Source of the DNA: Patescibacteria group bacterium UBA5187
GTDB lineage: Bacteria > Patescibacteriota > Minisyncoccia > Phycocordibacterales > PALSA-1337
Length of the DNA stretch: 50,210 bases
Direction: 5' to 3'
NCBI GenBank assembly: GCA_002413065.1
Contig: DHWH01000015.1
Span: 100,326 to 150,535 of the forward strand
The notes under the pieces are model-generated. The model made no database searches, was not told where the DNA came from, and saw only the letters and a program-made list of their open reading frames with translations. Shown one piece after another: positions 45,631-50,210 of this stretch (its first letter is position 1; each line of letters starts with the position of its first letter). Both the position numbers and the translations under genes were made by a program.

Positions 45631-46464
45631 ATGATTGAAATTCTCGACTCGTCTATTAGCTCACGCATCATATCCATTCTGAAAAATGGACCTTTGTCTG
45701 CGCTTGATATCGTCAAAAAAATTCAATCCTCCAGGATACAAACGCCAAAACAAAGCATTTATCTTGCCTTAAGAAAACTAAAAAGTAAGGAAATACTCGC
45801 GGTAAACAAAAAACAAATTGCATTACATCAGACTTGGATTTCCCATATGCAACAATTCTTCATTGAGGCGGATCATAGCGTGAACACAAAAGAAAATAGT
45901 CTGACCAACCTAAAAGAGGGCGAATACATAACTTATAAATTCAATAGTCTGGTTTCTCTCGACATGTACTGGGCGCACGCGGTCATGGTATTCCTCAAGA
46001 ATCAAAATAAAGAAGAACCGGTACTTTTTTATAATCCTCATGAATGGTTTTTTATTGCCAGAGAAAAAAGCGAATACAGTATTATCAAGGAAGCACGAAG
46101 ACGCGAGATACCATGGCTTCATTTAATAGGCGGAGCAACGCCTCTCGATAAGATAGTGAGAAAATTCTTTGATGGGGTACACGCAAAATGCCATTTTCTC
46201 GGAGATCACGTGTATCCGAATACCTACTACGTGAACTGCTTCGGTGATTTTGTGACAGAAGTGCAGATCGACAAACAGGCAGCGCAAGAGATCGAAACAA
46301 TATATTCAACACACGATCATACCGGCACAGACGTGGTAAAACTTCTCGAAGCTTTAATAGCAAAAGATACCTTTACACATAAAATGAAAATATCCCGCAG
46401 TGCCCGGAAAGCAAAAAAGATCGTATCTCTTTTCAAAAAATATTTTTTGTTCAAACAAGCTTAA
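45631..46464 (+). CDS. Winged-helix N-terminal hypothetical regulator
   Basis: IISILKNGP...KQSIYLALRKLKSKEIL wHTH. Divergent from the SBP gene. Confidence 0.6.
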   Translation: MIEILDSSISSRIISILKNGPLSALDIVKKIQSSRIQTPKQSIYLALRKLKSKEILAVNKKQIALHQTWISHMQQFFIEADHSVNTKENSLTNLKEGEYITYKFNSLVSLDMYWAHAVMVFLKNQNKEEPVLFYNPHEWFFIAREKSEYSIIKEARRREIPWLHLIGGATPLDKIVRKFFDGVHAKCHFLGDHVYPNTYYVNCFGDFVTEVQIDKQAAQEIETIYSTHDHTGTDVVKLLEALIAKDTFTHKMKISRSARKAKKIVSLFKKYFLFKQA

Positions 46465-46487
46465 AAAACTACTCCGCACCACTATCA

Positions 46488-47462
46488 TTACTCCTTATTT
46501 TTCTTACTATGAAACTGCTTATGAACTCTCCTCAATTCGCTATCCGTTACGTGAGTATAAATTTGCGTCGTACCGATATTCGCATGACCCAAAAGCATTT
46601 GAACAGAACGCAAATCAGCGCCGTTTCTCAATAAATCAGTTGCGAAGGAGTGGCGAATGACGTGCGGCGTCACTTTTTTTGAAATACCGGCTTTGATCGC
46701 ATACTGTTTCACAATTCTTTCGACTGAACGACTGGTCAGACGCAATGAATCACGCTTTGAAGATAGCTTGGCAGATGCCTTGCCTGAATTTTTACTTCCA
46801 TCTCCTCCTTTTCCCAATATTTGCACAAACAAGGCATCATCCATGTCATCACGTTTATCCAGATATATTTTGAGCCACTTTTTTGCTTCTTCGGAAAGAA
46901 AGACGACTCGAACTTTGTCACCCTTGCCTCGAATTGAAAAATCATCGAGTTTGAGATTAATCTCGCGGGGAAGAGAACATAATTCGGATACACGAAGACC
47001 GGTAGAAAAGAACAACTCCATCAGAGTCCGGTCGCGCAAACCGCGCAACGTAGCGGTATCTGGAGCATCAAGCAACCGAGTCAATTCTTCAGTTGAAATA
47101 AGATCGAGTGAACGTTCTGGTGTTTTTGCCAGCTCAATGCGGTCCGGAGGCAGACTCTTTATATTCATTCGAGCCAGATACTTCAAAAAAGCCCGCAGGG
47201 CGATAAGGTAATAATTCTGAGTCTTTCTCTTCAATGTACCTGCAGTTACGCCTTTTGTGAGCGCTCCGACCTGGCGATTGAGCCACAATCGATATTCGCG
47301 GACATTCGAATCGGTGATATCTTTTGGGTCTTGTATCTTGGAATACTGAATAAAACGGCTCAAATAGCGGTCATAATTCTCTATAGTCTTCAGACTTCGG
47401 CCTTTTTCGATCTCAACATATTCGAGAAATTGCTGTTTGAGGTCTTTAATATTGTGCGACAT
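46488..47462 (-). CDS. XerC/D-type tyrosine recombinase
   Basis: [49 protein letters not shown]. Start set at 47462. Confidence 0.95.
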   Translation of the reverse strand: MSHNIKDLKQQFLEYVEIEKGRSLKTIENYDRYLSRFIQYSKIQDPKDITDSNVREYRLWLNRQVGALTKGVTAGTLKRKTQNYYLIALRAFLKYLARMNIKSLPPDRIELAKTPERSLDLISTEELTRLLDAPDTATLRGLRDRTLMELFFSTGLRVSELCSLPREINLKLDDFSIRGKGDKVRVVFLSEEAKKWLKIYLDKRDDMDDALFVQILGKGGDGSKNSGKASAKLSSKRDSLRLTSRSVERIVKQYAIKAGISKKVTPHVIRHSFATDLLRNGADLRSVQMLLGHANIGTTQIYTHVTDSELRRVHKQFHSKKNKE

Positions 47463-47498
47463 GGAAGTATTGTAACATTGCACAATGGATCAAAATAC

Positions 47499-47806
47499 TT
47501 GACAAATATCTATCGTGTGCTAAGATTTTGGCATAGTCTTCTGTTCAATCATGTACTGAGTCCCTAAAAAGATAGGTATGTGGGCAAAAGACAAAAAGAA
47601 AGGCACCATGAACTCGCCTCCGAATCAGCACAAATTGGAAGAAAATAAAATCATTACCCCCGGCCGCGTCAGCGCCAAATTTTGTCCGTAAACGGCGCCG
47701 ACGGCCATCCTTTAGAGTAATTGTTAATGGTTCTCGCAAGTCGCGCTAACTATACAAAGACTCAAAGGAAAATGCCGCTCACCAACAAAAGGAGAGCGGC
47801 ATTTTT
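47499..47806 (+). ncRNA. Promoter- and terminator-bounded ~270-nt transcript (structured RNA or 37-aa sORF)
   Basis: TTGACA-16 nt-TAAGAT (47499-47526). Terminator AAAATGCCGCTC/GAGCGGCATTTTT (47769-47806). Nested stems inside. sORF 47578-47691. Confidence 0.35.
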
Positions 47807-47885
47807 AATCCACAGGAACACGCCACTAAAAACATAAAGTTACGGGTTATTGCAATTTAACCACATTCATGCTACTATAGCTCCC

Positions 47886-48152
47886 ATGTTAACAACACGC
47901 CAAAAGACTAAAATCATCAAGGAAACATCAGTAAATGCCAAGGATACGGGATCTTCCGAAGTCCAGGTTGCCTTGTTGACCAAGCGTATTGAGGGACTCA
48001 CCGGCCATCTCCGCAAACACCGCAAAGACAACCACTCACGACGCGGGCTCCTCGGCATGGTTGCTGACAGACAGACCCATTTGAACTACCTCAAAAAGAA
48101 TCATCCTCGAAGATACTCTGCTATCATAAAGAAATTGGAACTCAAGAAGTAG
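47886..48152 (+). CDS. rpsO: 30S ribosomal protein S15
   Basis: [25 protein letters not shown]. Start set at 47886. Confidence 0.98.
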   Translation: MLTTRQKTKIIKETSVNAKDTGSSEVQVALLTKRIEGLTGHLRKHRKDNHSRRGLLGMVADRQTHLNYLKKNHPRRYSAIIKKLELKK

Positions 48153-48282
48153 GGCGGTCTATTGGCAGGTTAACATGTGCCTGAAAACTATTTTCAGGTT
48201 AAAATGTAGTCGGAGTTTTTATACACACTACATTTTAAAGAATTTTAGAAATTTTTAATAATTATCGTAACTTTTCATTTTT

Positions 48283-48804
48283 ATGGCAATAATCAAACAT
48301 AAGGAACAGCGTGTCGGCGTTTTTATCGACGCGCAGAACCTCTATCATAGCGGCAAGAATTTATATCACTCGAAAGTTAATTTCGGACAAATAGTTAAAG
48401 ACGCGGTCGACGGACGCAAAACTGTTCGTGCACGCGCTTATGTAATCTCAACGGAATCCGGCGAAGAAAATGCATTTTTCGACGCACTTACAAAAATGGG
48501 CATCGAAACCAAGGTCAAAGACCTGCAAATCTTCAGTTCCGGAGCAAAAAAAGCAGACTGGGACGTAGGCATAGCGGTTGATGCAATCAGTTTGGCACCA
48601 AAACTCGATGCGGTCATTCTTCTCACTGGTGACGGTGATTTCGTACCGCTCGTCGAATACTTACAGATGAATATGGGCTGCCAGGTTGAAGTCGCATCAT
48701 TCGGCAAATCTACATCCGCAAAACTCATCGAAGCTACGGACCACTTCATGGACCTCGACATCAATCCGAACAAATACTTGCTCAGGTCTGGAGGAAAAAA
48801 ATAA
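48283..48804 (+). CDS. NYN domain (LabA/DUF88) protein
   Basis: VFIDAQNL, KKADWDV, LTGDGDFVPL. Confidence 0.93.
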   Translation: MAIIKHKEQRVGVFIDAQNLYHSGKNLYHSKVNFGQIVKDAVDGRKTVRARAYVISTESGEENAFFDALTKMGIETKVKDLQIFSSGAKKADWDVGIAVDAISLAPKLDAVILLTGDGDFVPLVEYLQMNMGCQVEVASFGKSTSAKLIEATDHFMDLDINPNKYLLRSGGKK

Positions 48805-48848
48805 AGTAACAATTACTAATCCTCCGTTCTTGCGCTATAATAGCCTCA

Positions 48849-50177
48849 ATGAACGAGGATACTATTGCTACATCTCAAAATACAAACGGGCAAGGACAAA
48901 ATGGGCAATCTCCTGATTTAGATCTGGATATTCCAGCTGAACAGGTGTTTGATATAAACTCAGATCTCACTATTTCTCCTTTTAAAAAAGAAACTCCTTC
49001 TCCGACCGCACCGGAAATGCCTGGAGCAATCAAAGAAATACCGCCGGCATATTCATCTCCATCCATAAACCTCATGAACAAAGATGCGCCGGTAGTGCCT
49101 CTTCATACGGCACCCCTCGTACCTCCTCCTGCAACCTCAAAACCATCTTTCGTGGCCGCGGCGACACCATTTACGCAACCTTTGAAAAAAATAAATCTCC
49201 TTGATATGGAAGAACCTGCTCCCACATCCGCAGCGCAAAAAACGAATAGCGAACTGAATCCGATCCGCACATATGAAGGTGACGTGGCGAAAGTAATGTC
49301 TCACAAGGGAACTTCGCTGGCTTCGATGACTATCGCGGAAAATAAAAAAAACGAGGGGACAGAACGTATCGGAAATGCGGAAACCGAGGCACCTTCTCAC
49401 ACCTTGCGCAATATTCTGGTAACTTTTTCCAGTCTTATTTTAATAATCGGCGGAGCATACGCGGCATATCATTTATACAGCATCAGCCCGCTTTTTCCAT
49501 CAACAACTTCGCCACAATCACAGCAACCTCAAAAGATCTCGGGTATCATTGGTGCGGATACGCAGGTAGTCCTGCCCATCGATAATCTATCCAACCGCGC
49601 CATTTCATCCAAAATCTTAGCCGAAATTGCCAAGGAACAGCGAGCAAACAGCATAAAAGAAATAGTCCTTACCCAAACATCGAACGGATCGGCATTTCGT
49701 ATTTCCGGTCCGGACATGATAGCAAAAATGGATATACCCGCACCGGATATACTCGTTCGATCGCTCACAAATCCATGGATGCTAGGCGTGTACGCAAATG
49801 AAAATCAGGAAAAAAGCCTGTTTGTCATAGTCACAAACAATTTCTTCCAAAACACCTTCGCTGGCATGCTTCAATGGGAACATGTCATGGCTGATGATCT
49901 GCGGGCATATGTATATAGCACAGAGAGCGTACGCGGGATCGCCAATACTTCATCACCGCTTGTTGCAGGAACAAGTACTGCCGCATATGTCACATTGCGT
50001 GGACAATTCCAGGACAGAATCCTGAAAAATAAAGACGTGCGGGAATTCATACAAGCCGAGGGGGAGACGCTTTTTCTCTATTCATTTATCGATAATACGA
50101 AATTGGTTATAGCAGGCAACGAAGCCACTCTTTCGGAAATAGTCACGAGACTTGAAAAGCAGGCTTTTGTGAGATAG
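48849..50177 (+). CDS. Hypothetical single-TM protein with Pro-rich disordered N-terminus
   Basis: PIRTYEGD, TM at about aa 190-210, C-terminal FAGMLQWE...FQDRILKNKDVR...LYSFID. Confidence 0.8.
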   Translation: MNEDTIATSQNTNGQGQNGQSPDLDLDIPAEQVFDINSDLTISPFKKETPSPTAPEMPGAIKEIPPAYSSPSINLMNKDAPVVPLHTAPLVPPPATSKPSFVAAATPFTQPLKKINLLDMEEPAPTSAAQKTNSELNPIRTYEGDVAKVMSHKGTSLASMTIAENKKNEGTERIGNAETEAPSHTLRNILVTFSSLILIIGGAYAAYHLYSISPLFPSTTSPQSQQPQKISGIIGADTQVVLPIDNLSNRAISSKILAEIAKEQRANSIKEIVLTQTSNGSAFRISGPDMIAKMDIPAPDILVRSLTNPWMLGVYANENQEKSLFVIVTNNFFQNTFAGMLQWEHVMADDLRAYVYSTESVRGIANTSSPLVAGTSTAAYVTLRGQFQDRILKNKDVREFIQAEGETLFLYSFIDNTKLVIAGNEATLSEIVTRLEKQAFVR

Positions 50178-50210
50178 AATTGCCCTATGAATAAAAAAGA
50201 CATCGAGCAT

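Noticed and set aside
47743..47754. 12-bp match (GCGCTAACTATA) to the right half of the 37064 palindrome; also AGGTTAACAT at 48167 matching the TA operator
   Set aside because: These are single short matches, not at promoter positions, and compatible with chance given the many motifs compared.
1..50210. CRISPR array, rRNA, IS element, dif site
   Set aside because: No regularly spaced repeat-spacer array, rRNA signature, transposase or convincing dif palindrome was seen by eye.

Overview
This is a 50 kb core-chromosome segment that looks like a Patescibacteria/CPR (Parcubacteria-like) genome using code 11. The lineage is inferred from gene content: an FKBP-less trigger factor, split comEC, type IV pilus genes, a membrane PPase, broken str and nusA operons, and pervasive leaderless-type promoters. 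Housekeeping genes are fusA, rpsG, rpsL, rpmB, rpsO, nusA, tig, clpP, rny, hup, recJ, rnhA, xth, cca, pgk, tpiA, hppA, rsmE, a Xer-type recombinase and SOD. There are four CCA-less tRNAs (Gly-TCC, Pro-TGG, Gly-GCC, Arg-TCG), a pilin/pilB/pilC locus, a Doc-type TA pair, and a small accessory cluster at the 3' end of tRNA-Gly. That cluster holds a C39-like protease, a glycine-rich-domain protein with an internal TAG, a HExxH protein, an XRE regulator and a frameshifted Pycsar-type effector. The best unexplained signals are: (i) a shared 2x22-bp tandem operator at identical spacing upstream of both halves of the split comEC; (ii) a promoter- and terminator-bounded, highly structured ~235-nt candidate ncRNA upstream of rpsL, plus several other structured RNAs or leaders; (iii) the tRNA-Gly cluster; (iv) four parS-like sites inside cca; (v) a tandem DnaA-domain-IV-like orphan protein; (vi) an S12 protein lacking the conserved Pro of the KDLPG loop. 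No CRISPR array, rRNA or transposase was seen. All family calls come from motif recognition by eye, without database searches.
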